Source: Octopus vulgaris
Taxonomy: Eukaryota
Assembly (NCBI GenBank): GCA_951406725.2
Contig: OX597821.1
Coordinates: forward strand, 94,364,001 to 94,428,000
Direction: 5' to 3'
DNA: 64,000 bases
This document shows positions 27,050-39,470 of this stretch, piece by piece (within the stretch, counting starts at the first letter, position 1; every line of letters starts with the position of its first letter). Below the pieces are notes generated by a model that worked only from the letters and a program-made list of their open reading frames with translations, ran no database searches and had not been told where the DNA came from. The translations under genes and the position numbers were made by a program.

Positions 27050-27350
27050 GTTGAGAGGCTCAGTGGTTATAGCATTAGGCCCACAATCACGAGGTAGTGA
27101 GTTCTATTCCAGAACCGGACTGTGTGTTATGTCCTTGAGCAACACATTTCATTTCACGTTGCTCCAGTTCATTCATCGGGAGAAATGAGGTACGATGTCA
27201 ATAGTGCCAAGCTGTATCGGCCTTTGCTTTTCCCTTGGGTAACATAGGTGGCGTGGAGATGGGAATGTTGTATGCATGGACGACTGCTGGTCTCCCATAA
27301 ACAACTTTTCTCGGATTTGTACTTCGGAGGGTAACTTTCTAGGTGCAATC
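27050..27350 (+). mobile_element. SINE family D (diverged)
   Basis: ggctcagtggttatagc...tttcacgttgctccagttca...gccaagctgtatcggcc...aactttctaggtgcaatc. Confidence 0.8.
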
Positions 27351-28114
27351 TAGCTGGTGGATTGGCAGGATAGGCTATGAGTTTATATCTTCTTGTAGAT
27401 CATAATGTTCTACATTATACCAATTCAACAAACTACTGGGAATAGTTACCAAATTCTTCTGATAATACTACGTGTGGTAGACAGTGTTCCTAACAAGGAG
27501 AGATTATATCGCATTTGCAGCAAAGCATAACAGCTGCCAGTTAAGTCGACACTAACATAATTAACGTAGTAAATATTTAATTTTGGTTAATTAATAAATG
27601 TTATATCTGGTGTGAGGAGTAGAAAGTGATTAGCTTGAGGATTAATTCTGGTAATGAAAGGCTGGAGAGACACACTCGAAATTTAGATTAAATTATATTA
27701 ATTAAAGTAATTAAAAATAGAAGGTGGGCGTTCATCGGGGAGTGAACTCGATGTCTGATGTGAAAAAGACCTTAAATTTAATTGACTTTCCTAAATATAA
27801 TGAAAGCTTAAGGTTAAATATTTATTAGCTGACGAATTTAATTTCTCGTTTTCTGTATGCCGTCTCGTTTGTAAATGCAGAATACAATATGAAGTAATAT
27901 GCAGTAAAAATATATAATTTTGTAGTGTAGTAAAGGAATTCATGTGACTATCGCAGAAAGCTCCTTTGCGGACTCGGCTAACAGACAACACACTAATCTA
28001 ATACAGAGGAGTATAATGCAGAGCTGCATACAACTGATCTCCTGGAGATCCGATCAATTAAATCATTTCATGAGGAGTGTATAAACCATAAAAGGTGTGT
28101 GTGTGTGTGTATGT

Positions 28115-28460
28115 GTAAAGGGTAGACTGCCTTCGGTCATGAATGACCATGGGATTGCACCTAGAAAGTTACCTTCCGAGGCACCCATCCGGACAAGGTT
28201 GTCTATGGAAGACCAGCGGTCTCCCATGCATCCCAACCTCCCCTCTCCACACCACTCATATTATCGAAGGGAAAGGCAAAGGGGCCGATACAGCTTTGCA
28301 CCAATGACGTCGCAACTCATATTTACAACTGAGGTAAACTGGAGCAACGTGAAATAAAGTGTCTTGCTCAAGAACACAACACGCAGCCTGGTCCGGGAAT
28401 CGAACTCACTACCTCATGATTGTGAGCCCGACGTTCTAACTACTGAGCCATGCGCCTTCA
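28115..28460 (-). mobile_element. SINE family D
   Basis: Minus head GAAGGCGCATGGCTCAGTAGTTAG...GAGTTCGATTCCC. Homologous to 51449-52045. Confidence 0.85.
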
Positions 28461-28867
28461 TATATATATGTATATATACATGCATCTATATACATACACA
28501 TATATGTATGCATACATACATATACATATATCTGTGTCTATCTATATATATATATAGTGTAATAAATAAAATATATGCATACATACAAACATATATGTAC
28601 GTACCTACATCTACATGTATATATACATGCATATATAAATATATATACGTGAGTACAGGACACCACAACTGGACGTAGAACTCAACGAGAACCGAAAACG
28701 GAAAAACCATTTTTTTACAACAGAAAAACAGAGTACAGGACATACTACACAAGGAAAAATCCCCTTCATCAGCTGTCACTAGTTCGACTCCAGCGTGTTT
28801 CGAAGGCAAGACAGAACACGACTCACCAAACTAATCCTTCCTGCGAGAGAATTAAAATAAAATTACC

Positions 28868-28909
<42 letters not shown>

Positions 28910-29223
28910 GGAGAGAGAGAGAGAGCGAAATTGATATAAAAACATTCAAGAATACACGTATATATGAGTGTACACATTATCATACTTTGAGTGAGTAACA
29001 GTTTGAAAAAAAACTGGGATGTTCTCGCAGAAATCATATTATTTGTACTCAACGTTTTACCCATCTGATGGATCACCCACGACCAAAAACACTGAGTAGC
29101 AACTCAGTGAATCATCAATGGAGTCAAGCTGCTCTAAAGATCGATGTTTGTTTATCAACAACAGTAAAGACCTGAGATCAACTTAAAATATCGAAGAATG
29201 AAATGACTCACTTAAAAAAAAAA

Positions 29224-29629
29224 GGCGCAGGAGTGGCTGTGTGGTAAGTAGCTTGCTAACCAACCACATGGTTCTGGGTTCAGTCCCACTGCGTGGCATC
29301 TTGGGCAAGTGTCTTCTGCTATAGCCCCGGGCCGACCAATGCCTTGTGAGTGGATTTGGTAGATGGAAACTGAAAGAAGCCTGTCGTATATATGTATATA
29401 TATCTGTGTGTGTTTGTGTGTCTGTGTTTGTCCCCCTAGCATTGTTTGACAACCGATGCTGGTGTGTTTACGTCCCCGTAACTTAGCGGTTCGGCAAAAG
29501 AGACCGATAGAATAAGTACTGGGCTTACAAAGAATAAGTCCCGGGGTCGATTTGCTCGACTAAAGGCGGTGCTCCAGCATGGCCGCAGTCAAATGACTGA
29601 AACAAGTAAAAGAGTAAAGAGTAAAGAGT
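29224..29629 (+). mobile_element. SINE family A, full length
   Basis: Consensus-like, with an (AGAGTAA)n tail. Confidence 0.93.
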
Positions 29630-29941
29630 ATATTATTGATTTCTAACATTGTCACAAGGTCACACATTTTCTGTGTGTGCTTTAGAGTGGGGGGCAGACA
29701 ACGAAATCGATCGAAGTAATTAGCGAATATTATATTTTATTGAGCCCGGATACTTAAAAGACAAATTTAAACCCTTGCATCGTTTGAACTCAGAACGCGA
29801 AGAAGCGTAACTAAATACCACATGATGCTTTGTTTGGTGCACTACATTTTTTTCTGCTGAAAATATATTTATAAGCGATATTACGCAGTCAGTTCTGGCT
29901 ATTATTCTTCCAGGTTCTACAAAGTACGTGTTAGTAATATA

Positions 29942-30173
29942 TATTTCTTTACTACCCACAAGGGGCTAAACACAGAGGGGACAAACAAGGACAGACAAAG
30001 GGATTTAGTCGATTACATCGACCCAGTGCGTAACTGGTACTTAATTTATCGACCCCGAAAGGATGAAAGGCAAAGTCGACCTCGGCGGAATTTGAACTCA
30101 GAACGTAACGACAGACGAAATACGGCTACGCTTTTCGCCCGGCGTGCTAACGTTTCTGCCAGCTCGCCGCCTT
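29942..30173 (-). mobile_element. SINE family B with 17-bp TSD
   Basis: TSD tacgtgttagtaatata at 29925-29941 and 30174-30190. Confidence 0.93.
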
Positions 30174-30663
30174 TACGTGTTAGTAATATACTGGGAGTGA
30201 TCTACTCGCATCGAAATGTGTGGCACTGATTCCGTATCAGAAAACGTCATTATAATTTACGTTCTGGGTTTAAATCCCGCTGGGCTCAACTTTTAGCCTA
30301 TTCACTCGCTCATTTTTTCTTCCTAACCTTGGCCACCTCGATCGATATACCAAGAATTTCATTTATCTTCAACCGTCTCACAAATTGCAATCCATCCCCC
30401 ATTTAACACTTTTATTACCTTCTCTAAGATTGCCATCGTCCTTCCCCTGTGGCGTATTTGATCGTTGGAGACATTGAAAAATATAACTGCAATTAATTGT
30501 GATCACTGCAATCGACTATGTTGAGTTCAAATTCCACCGAAGTTGACTTTGCCTTTCATTCTCCTTAAGTTAGTAAATAGGCTGCCATTTAAAAATTCTT
30601 TTTTACTCTAGGTACAAGGCCCGAAATTAGACCGACTCCAGTACGTAACTGGTATTTAATTTA

Positions 30664-30893
30664 AGGCGGCGAGCTGGCAGAAGCGTTAGCACGCCGGGCG
30701 AAATGCTTAGCGGTATTTCGTCTGCGTTACGTTGTGAGTCAAATTCCGCCGAGGTCGACTTTGCCTTTCATCCTTTCGGGGTCGATAAATTAAGAACCAG
30801 TTACGCACTGGGGTCGATGTAATCGACTTAATAACTACGTCTGTCCTTGTTTGTCCCCTCTGTGTTTAGCCCCTTGTGGGTAACAAAGAAATA
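30664..30893 (+). mobile_element. SINE family B inserted into an oppositely oriented family B copy (about 30600-31030)
   Basis: 13-bp TSD ggtatttaattta at 30651-30663 and 30894-30906. The flanks rejoin into a minus-strand family B copy. Confidence 0.9.
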
Positions 30894-31307
30894 GGTATTT
30901 AATTTATCGACTCCCAAAGGATGAAGGGCAAAGTCGACCTCGGTGGAATTTGAACTCAGAACGTAAAGACAGACGAAATGCCGCTAAGCATTTGGCCGGG
31001 CATGCTAACGTTTCTGCCACCTCGCCGCCTTACTACCATTTAAATATTAAGAGAGATGTGTGCTATGCACTCTGTACCTTCCTGGTACATGAGTATCTCT
31101 TAGCTCTCTTACCAAAAACATCTGTGGCCTTATTCTTCTTCTTAGTTAGTGTTCATTATAATAAGTTAGTTTAAATTATTTCCTACTTGAATTTTCGCTT
31201 TATTAAACCCATTAGAAACCATTATCGTTTGAGGCGTGTCTTCGTTGGTCAAGCGCAGAACAACAAGCATTTAAGAATGAGAAAGGGAAGCAAAGAAGTA
31301 GACATAC

Positions 31308-31362
<55 letters not shown>

Positions 31363-31859
31363 TAGAGAGAGAGAGAGAGAGACTCGTAGATAAGAGAAAG
31401 AAACAGAGAGAAAGAGACAGACGAGAAGAGGTGGAGTGAGAAGAAATCTTCGTACTTTTAACAAAGAAAAGAAGTTGTGTTTTCTTCCGGTTTTTCTTTA
31501 ATTTGTTTTCTTATCAAATATAACAGATTTTAAGAACCTATCCTCGACTCCTTTTCTTCCGCCAAGATTTTCATAACACATGAGTATAGAAGAGTTATGT
31601 ATATATGTATGTATATATATATGTATAAAGTATGTATGTACGTATATACTTGTGTGTATATGTGTGTGTGTGAGTACATAAGACCAAAGCCTTTCCCACG
31701 TAAGAAAACAAATAAACAACTTAACAGAATCTTATCCGTAGGAATTCCAGAACTTGAAGATGATTACACACACACACACACGTGTGTGTGTGTGTGTTTA
31801 TTAATACATCTATATTTGTATATACACAGACACATGTATGTTGATAAAAATGTATGTAT

Positions 31860-31912
31860 GTGTGTGTATATATATATATACATACATATATACGTACATA
31901 TATATATATACA

Positions 31913-31953
<41 letters not shown>

Positions 31954-32003
31954 ACATATATATATATACATACACATATATATATATATATATATACATA
32001 CAT

Positions 32004-32070
<67 letters not shown>

Positions 32071-32099
32071 TATATACATACATATATATACATATATAT

Positions 32100-32165
<66 letters not shown>
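31860..32165. repeat. (TA)n/(TACA)n compound microsatellite
   Basis: Direct reading. Confidence 0.95.
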
Positions 32166-32550
32166 GAACATATATAGGTAAACCTGTTGTACTTTTGTCA
32201 TTTTATACATGATTGTGCGTACAAGTGTTTACATGTATATACTAAACTCACATATACGCACACACTTATGCATTCAGTTACGCGTGCGCGCGCACACACA
32301 CACATACACACACACACACAATTGCTTCGTTGTCGTCTATTTATCTCCAATTTTGTTTACGAACATATAAACAGTGTGTCGTGCTTGTGTGCGTGTATTT
32401 TGTAGTGTATATATGTTTGTGTGTTTGTGAGGTGCATGTGTGTGTGCGTCCGCGAGCGTGCGTATGAATATGACAGTTTATTGACAGAACTGTTAGGTTA
32501 TTTACATTATTTACATATGACGGACATTTGTCCTCATCTTGTTTGTTGTT

Positions 32551-32596
32551 AACACAACGTTTCGGCTGATATACCCTCCAGCCTTCATCAGGTGTC
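32551..32596 (-). ncRNA. Minimal type-I hammerhead ribozyme with canonical core
   Basis: Minus strand reads gacac-CTGATGA-A-GGCTG-gagggtatat-CAGCC-GAAAC-GTT-gtgtt, giving a 5-bp stem I, a 5-bp stem II and an NUH site GUU. Confidence 0.75.
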
Positions 32597-32682
32597 CTGG
32601 GGAAATATCGAACCTGAGTTCTTATTCCTAAGGTATTTTTTCGATGTTATTATTATTATTAATATTATCATTATTATTATTA

Positions 32683-32724
<42 letters not shown>

Positions 32725-32804
32725 TCACTGAATAACCTGTCCACGACTATATACAAATAGAGTATGTGTGTGTGTGTGATGGGGAGGGGGGTAAAACTAT
32801 CAAG

Positions 32805-33200
32805 TACAGTTGTGGGCATCTTTGAACAAAAGCGAGTAGAGCATGCTGCTTTGAAGCGTTCGCTCTGTAAGTGGGACCCAAATGCAGTGTTTGCACAAAC
32901 GCAGCAGGAATTCAGTTGCAATATGTGTGGACGATTTGCTTTCTCAAGGGGCGGGTTTCCTAGCTATCTAAAGCCAAGTGAGCCAGGGAGAAATCGAGTT
33001 GCTTGTGAGATGGTTGTACTGTCATACGCACAATGATACATTCGTAGTGAAAAGAAAAACAAATGGGTATTCTTCAAATGTCATAACTGTGTACATTCCC
33101 GTAGAACAAAAGTTGGGCTTAAAAGCCATCTGCGTGCACGTGATCGTGCAATGTTCGATGAAGAGACAGCACTCTTCTGACAAGAAAAAGCAATCAACAC
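32805..33200 (+). mobile_element. RTE-clade LINE 3' remnant with C2H2 fingers
   Basis: FEQKRVEHAALKR...FSCNMCGR and FKCHNCVHSRRTKVGLKSHLR across frameshifts. Confidence 0.6.
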
Positions 33201-33596
33201 AGAAAAAAAAAACTCTGGAGGATCGATTCGATTTTCCTACGATTTATTTTATGTCACTGCCCATGACATTTTTCAAGACTTCCGAGTCTATTGACAGGAA
33301 AGAAAGAAATTATGTTTAGACCGGTGACTTTGTTTGAATGTTTGCTTCAGAATGGACTCTGCTAAAGACCATCCATAAGCCATGTGGTGGTATCAAACCA
33401 GACAATGAATGAAATCTACCATCTGAGGACAAGAGCGATCCTTCCGACAGGCCGTACTGAATTACACTAAAAGGCTTTTGATCACCAGGGAATGTAGATG
33501 ACATTTACTTAAGGTGTTATGCAGTGGTACTGGATCTGAAACTATGTAGATTAATTTTACTGCCATTTTCATATCTTTTCTATAAGGAAAGCGCGT

Positions 33597-33912
33597 GAAG
33601 GTGCGTGGCTTAGTGGTCGGGGTATTCGGCTCACGATCGTGAGTTCGATTCCCGGCGGAGCGCTGTGTCCTTACGAAAGATGCTTTATTTCACGTTGCTC
33701 CAATCCCCTCAGATGCCAAAAATGAGTAGTACCTGTATTTCAAAAGATCAGCCGTGACACATTCTGTGTTGTGCTGAATCTCCCTGAGAACTTCGTTAAA
33801 AGTTCGCGTTTCTCTGGGTTGCTCAGCCAGTAGCACGTTAATTTCACGAGCAGGCTGTTCCATCGATCGGATCAACTGGAACGCTGGTCGTCGTAATGGA
33901 CGGAGTGCCAGT
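33597..33912 (+). mobile_element. Chimeric SINE: family D-like head with family C' tail
   Basis: Head gaaggtgcgtggcttagtgg...tttatttcacgttgctcca. Tail tacctgtatttcaaa...ttaatttcacgagcaggctgttcc...ggagtgcc is shared with 50022 and 57951. Confidence 0.8.
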
Positions 33913-34629
33913 TATAACAGGGGAAGCACTTCGGTAAAAGAAACATTTTGATACACGGAATAGGTTCTAGATGTAACATTTATTTGAAGGATGATATGCT
34001 ATGAACAAGAGAAATTATAGACGACGAAATTTAGATTTAAAAAAAGAGAGGAGCGTGAAAGAATGTGTGGAGTTGGGATAAAGCTAACAAATCTTCAAGT
34101 GTGAACTGAAATAAAAACGACTGTGGCTGCGAATGTAGAAACGTTAAAGAAGTGAAGTGAGTCACTCAATTCTTTATGTGTAACTTATCGATTCTATAAT
34201 ATTAGTGCTGCTGTGGTTGTGCTGTAGACGGCTGGAAATCTATTGTAAGATTGAATCATTCAGGAAAAAGAAAATAGTTTAATTACCAACCGTCAGGATA
34301 ACGATTGAGAAGAAGCAGTTGTGTAAGTCATCTAGGTTCAAAGTGACTAATTTTTAAATTGTTTCACTTCGAATTAATAGGTTAATTGCCAGTTAGAAGG
34401 CCTGACTGATTACTAATACATCGGGTAATACATCAGATTGGGAGCTGTGATTTCAAATTCGTTGCTGGAGTTTCGGTGCTGCTAAGCACAGAGAATTTCT
34501 ACAGAAATGTAGCCCCAATTTAGCTAACTGTTAAGAATAACATAATTAAAAATATTAAAAAAGTGCAATGGGAAATAACTCAAAGAGACTAAGGGAATGA
34601 ATTTGGATAATAATTTAAAGGATGGTGCA

Positions 34630-34940
34630 CGAGTGCTTCAGATGGCTGCTACACATCTCGGACACAGAGCACGAAGCGAACAGTTTTGTAAGGTAGTAAG
34701 TCAACAAATACACTGGCAGGCAGGAACCACCCCTGGTGCAGGTAAGAAGACGAAAGTTTGCCTGGTATGATCAGATATCCTGCCACAACTCCCTGTCTAA
34801 AACCATTTTCAGAGTACAGCTGAGGGAGGGTGAAACAGAAAATCCTGGTTTGACATCAAGGACTGGACAGGCCACAAGACAGTGGGTCTGCCACGCATGA
34901 CAGAGAACAGGCCAGTGGCGACGGCTGACTACGAAAGTGT
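34630..34940 (+). mobile_element. Degenerate RTE-group RT C-terminal remnant
   Basis: Manual translation: GRQEPPLVQVRRRKFAWYDQISCHNSLSKTI...EGG...KSW...IKDWTG. Confidence 0.6.
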
Positions 34941-35982
34941 CTAAAGTGGCGCTTCAAAGACTGGCTGCATCGGTAAAGAAATCTTGATAATTAGATACCG
35001 TATGCAATAAATTCGGAATTTATAGAAATTCCTCACTTCCTCCGAGTTGGAGAAAGAAAATCTAGCAGCAATTTCTTGCGACTCTCGAAAACAAATGGAG
35101 ATGATTTCAAAAAATGAGTACAATTTTTATTTGTATGCAAGGGACAATGACAGAATACCTTTCGGTCTATTTCAGTTGGTCAATACAGCAAAGTTTAGGG
35201 AAGCGAGCTGGCAGAATTGTTACCACGGCGGGCAAAATGTTTAGCAGTATTTCGTCCGTCTTTACGTTGAGTTCAAATTCCGCCGAGGTTCACTTTGTCT
35301 CTCATCCTTTTACTGTTTATAAAATAAGAGTACCCGTTGAGTAATCGACTCACTCCCTTCCTCGAAATTGCTACAATCTTTATTTACTGACAAATACTCA
35401 CTCACCAATATATTGGTGAGTATTTGTCTCTAAATAAAGAATTCCATTTGATATCGACATTTGGATATGGATAGTAGTGATGATAATAGAATTTGAAAGA
35501 AATCAGCGTTTTATCATAGGACAAAACTATTTGGTAACTGGAACATATCAATGTAAAGTGCGGAAACATTTGTGAATTTGTTTTTCTTTTTTGCCTGTTC
35601 CATATTGGTACTGTTGCAGTTTTACAACATTGAATCATTCCACCTTTTCACAACTGAGACGTCAAAAGTTAATAATCTCTAAGCTATCGGGAGTTGGTTT
35701 CTTGGATAGCGGTATAGAGCAGAGTGAGTGACTCTTTGGTTAGTTTATCCAGTATTTTATCAAATCTGAAATCCGTAGCTTATATAGTGTTTGTTACTCG
35801 AGGAGGTAACATTTTCCATGGTCGCTTAATAGGGTAAGTTATGTTATACCGAGCATAATTAGATTTTAATGTAAACGAGGCGAAGGTGAAGTGATGACGA
35901 CGCAATATCATGCTTACTTTTTTCTCTTTTTGTTTTAAATTAGCAGACGCAAGCGTGGTTGTGTAGTAAGACGTTTGCTTCC

Positions 35983-37396
35983 GCGCATGCGTCGGGTTAT
36001 TTGCTGTCTGGATTTTGTAAGAGTCGGACGTAGTTTTTTGTGTTGCTTAGAAGATGTACTCAGACCTTGACGGGTCTAAGTTGTCGTCGTCGTCGGAGGA
36101 GGAGCTGGTAAGGGTGGTCATAAAGATGGACGGAGTGTTGAAGACAAGGAGTTTTGCTGAAGGGAGCTGGACTTGGCTGGTCTCAAGGAGTACGGGAAGA
36201 TGGCTCAGAAGGTGGGCGGCGACGTGAAGTTGTCGCTCCCCAAAGGAATTATGGAGAGGATGGAGAAGAAAACGATCACCTATAAGGTGTACTCGTTGAA
36301 AGATAACAAAGGAGAACAGGTGGCGGCAGAAGTGAAAAAGGCGCTGAGGGAACGAACAAAGGAGATAACGTACATAACGAAAGAAAGAAGATATAGGACA
36401 ATGGTCGTCCAATTTAGGACAGTAGAGGAAGCGAAGAGGCTGGCGAGTGTGGCGGTGAAATCAGAGGAAAAGTTGCTTCTGCCCACATACTCTGGAACAA
36501 AGACTCCCAAGGTAAGGGTAGAAGCAATTCCATCAGATATAGAAGTGGCTTGGGTAGTGGCAGCTGTCCTTGTTGGAAGCGAGGAGAAGGTGGCTGTCCT
36601 CCAAGCCACAGAAATGGAAGAAGGAGGGTGGAATAGAAGGACCCTTGAACTCATTATTCAGGCAGAGGAGGATCTACTGGAGAACTTGGCAGAGACAGTG
36701 ACGTTGGGGGAAATCGTGCTGAGGCTGTGGGTAGAGGGCAGAGTACCACGTTGTTTTAAATGTGGCCAAAAGGGCCACATTAGATCATACGGCCCTCTAC
36801 AGAGGACAATGGCTGAAGATACAGTTGTGGAGACGGAAGAGAAAAGGGAAGAAAAGAGAGACGGAGGAAGAATGGAAAGTTACAGAGAGCAGAAGGAGAA
36901 AGAGAAAAAAGAAAAAACACTGAGTATGATGTGGTACCCCAGTTCAACTCTATCCCACCCAAGACCCACCCTCCCCATACAGAATCCAAACCCACCCACC
37001 TCATTTCCCCACAAGAAAAAAGTAGTAGAAAGAATAGACACCACAAAATTTAGAAGACCCCCTCCCTCCGGTGAAAAAGGTTACGAATGCATGGCGGAGA
37101 GAATGATGTCACTAAGTTATGGAGAAAGGGGTAAAAGGATTGGACTGAAGGAGAAAAAGGACTTAGGGCCCAGAGGCGGCGGAGTTGTGTTACTCAGTGT
37201 GGGGTGCTTAGCACACTCTTCATAATATCATTTTCATATATTCATGTTATCATATTTTAATTTGTTTTTCATCTTCATTTACACGTGTCATTCATTATAT
37301 CATATCTTAGTTTTATATTTTTAATTGTTATTTGTCCCCACATATGTTGTAGTGTCCCCCTCTGTGTAATGCCTTTATGGCAATTTAAAAGAAATA
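35983..37396 (+). mobile_element. ORF1-only (HAL1-like) non-LTR retroelement with 15-bp TSD, inserted in a SINE A head
   Basis: TSD aaga(c/a)gtttgcttcc at 35968-35982 and 37397-37411. Single gag-like ORF, T-rich 3' UTR, terminal AATAAA, no RT or endonuclease. Confidence 0.8.
36054..37225 (+). pseudogene. Retroelement ORF1/gag-like protein with zinc knuckle, probably frameshifted
   Basis: 350-aa frame 36173-37225 with RLWVEGRVPRCFKCGQKGHIRSYGP (CX2CX4HX4C with the last Cys lost). The upstream ATG at 36054 is out of frame. Confidence 0.7.
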
Positions 37397-37541
37397 AAGA
37401 AGTTTGCTTCCTACCAACATGGTTTCGAGTTCGATCCTACTGCGTGGTATCTTGAGCAATCCTCTCCTGTCAATATATAGCCTCTAGCCAACCAAAGTCT
37501 TGTGAGTGGATTTGGTAGACAGAAACTGACAGAAGCAAGTC

Positions 37542-37575
<34 letters not shown>

Positions 37576-37684
37576 GAAATATTAAAATTACTAAGTCTCT
37601 ATAAGAATGCCATATTAATATGGCGATAACAATTAATTATATATATATAATTAATATTGGTGCGTGATTTAAGGCCTATTTAGC

Positions 37685-37770
<86 letters not shown>

Positions 37771-39136
37771 CCCACAACCAATGTTGGTATGAAGTACAAG
37801 GTTTTAAAAAATAATTCGTTCGACTAACATTCTTCAAGGTTGTGCCCCAGCAAGACAACGGTCTAATGGCAGCAATATTCAGCGGTGAAAATATGATATC
37901 CATGACGGTTACAAGACTTCCGAAACAAACGTAAGGTTTCCAAAGTCTCGAATGCATGAAACACAGTGGACTCTGTTAGAGATATTCGCGGGTTAGGTGG
38001 GTGCTTTTAACTGGCCGATCAAAACACACTGCACCCTACTAAGGACGTCTAAGGACCGACCAGGTGGTTGTTTAAACTGGCCGACCGATTAAGCTTATCA
38101 TCAATGCAGAGGAAATTATAGTTTTCTTCAGGCGGTACCTGTTAAGTTGAAAGAGTTAATAGTGGAAGAAAATTCAAGGAATGTGATTAGATATCTGACA
38201 AAAAAATCAAAACAAGCTTTAAAAAAGATACTCATACTGAATAAAGGATATAAACTGCTCCTTTAAATTAACAAGTTCGTTTTTGCGCACGGAAAAAGTT
38301 TCGGGTCAATGCAAGTAATAGCCTTGACTGGAATATATATCTAAGCAAGGAATGTTACTATTAAGAAGTAGAAAATAATATAGGTTGAATGGATGGCAAC
38401 TACTATTAGTCAGGCATAACTGCGCAACATTTGCTTTCTTATGTTAGTCGTTATACTAATAACTATTGACCTCAAGGCTACTAAACTAGAACAATTAAGC
38501 TTCAAGGTTCTAAACTCAACTACTATCACTTAAGGTGGTGTCCAGGGCAGTTAATGAATGACCTGCTGACCTCGATATAACATTTAGTCATTGAGAAAAC
38601 CGCTGAGTCTAATTGCTCGCGATACTTTGTTTTTTGTTTTTGTTTTCATTCGTCTGTAATTAGTGTAAAGTCAGGTTTGTACTGTGTGTGTGCGTAGATA
38701 CGTATAGATATGAGTGTCATACACGCGCACTCACACACTCATGCATACAACGGGTTATATACACTCCATACATTACCCCACACACGCTATTATGACCAAT
38801 TTGTGTTTGCTTGCGACGACGAATAGTAAATGCTAGATAAGTATAAAAACAGTGTCGAACTCAAATACAAAAACACTACGGTCTGTCTGTCTGTCTGTCT
38901 GTCTCTCTTTCTCTCTCTTGCACCAAATACAAATAGACTCATATACACTCGCGCGCGCACACACACACATGCATACACACACACACCGACTGATCTACAT
39001 TCAGACACATTAATCGAGCTGTCTACACACTAACAGACTATTCTGTGTACACAAGTACATCAGTCCTGTGACATATAGATGCAGACCCAATCTGCATACT
39101 AATATAGCATTTCTGCAACCTTATGATTGCACATGT

Positions 39137-39470
39137 GAAAGCGCATGGCTCAGTAGTTAGAACGTTGGGCTCACAATCATGAGGCAGTGAGTTCGATTCT
39201 CGGGTCGGGCTGTTTGTTGTTTTCTTGAGCAAGATACTTTATTTCAGGTTCCTCCAGTTCATTCATCTGTGGAAATGAGTTGTGACGTCACTGGTGCCAA
39301 GCTGCATTAGTCTTTGCCTTTCCCTTGGACAACAATGGTGGCGTGGAGAGGGGACGCTGGTATGCATGGGCAACTACTGGTCTTCTAAAAAACAACCTTG
39401 CCCGGGCTGGAGCATCGGAAAGGAACTTTCTAGGTGCAATCCCATGGTTATTCTTGACCGAAGGGAGTCT
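39137..39470 (+). mobile_element. SINE family D
   Basis: gaaagcgcatggctcagtagttag...gagttcgattc...aactttctaggtgcaatcccatgg. Confidence 0.85.

Noticed and set aside
31597-32212. Overlapping (YI)n ORFs, also at 48820-49708
   Set aside because: They are translations of TA/CA microsatellites.
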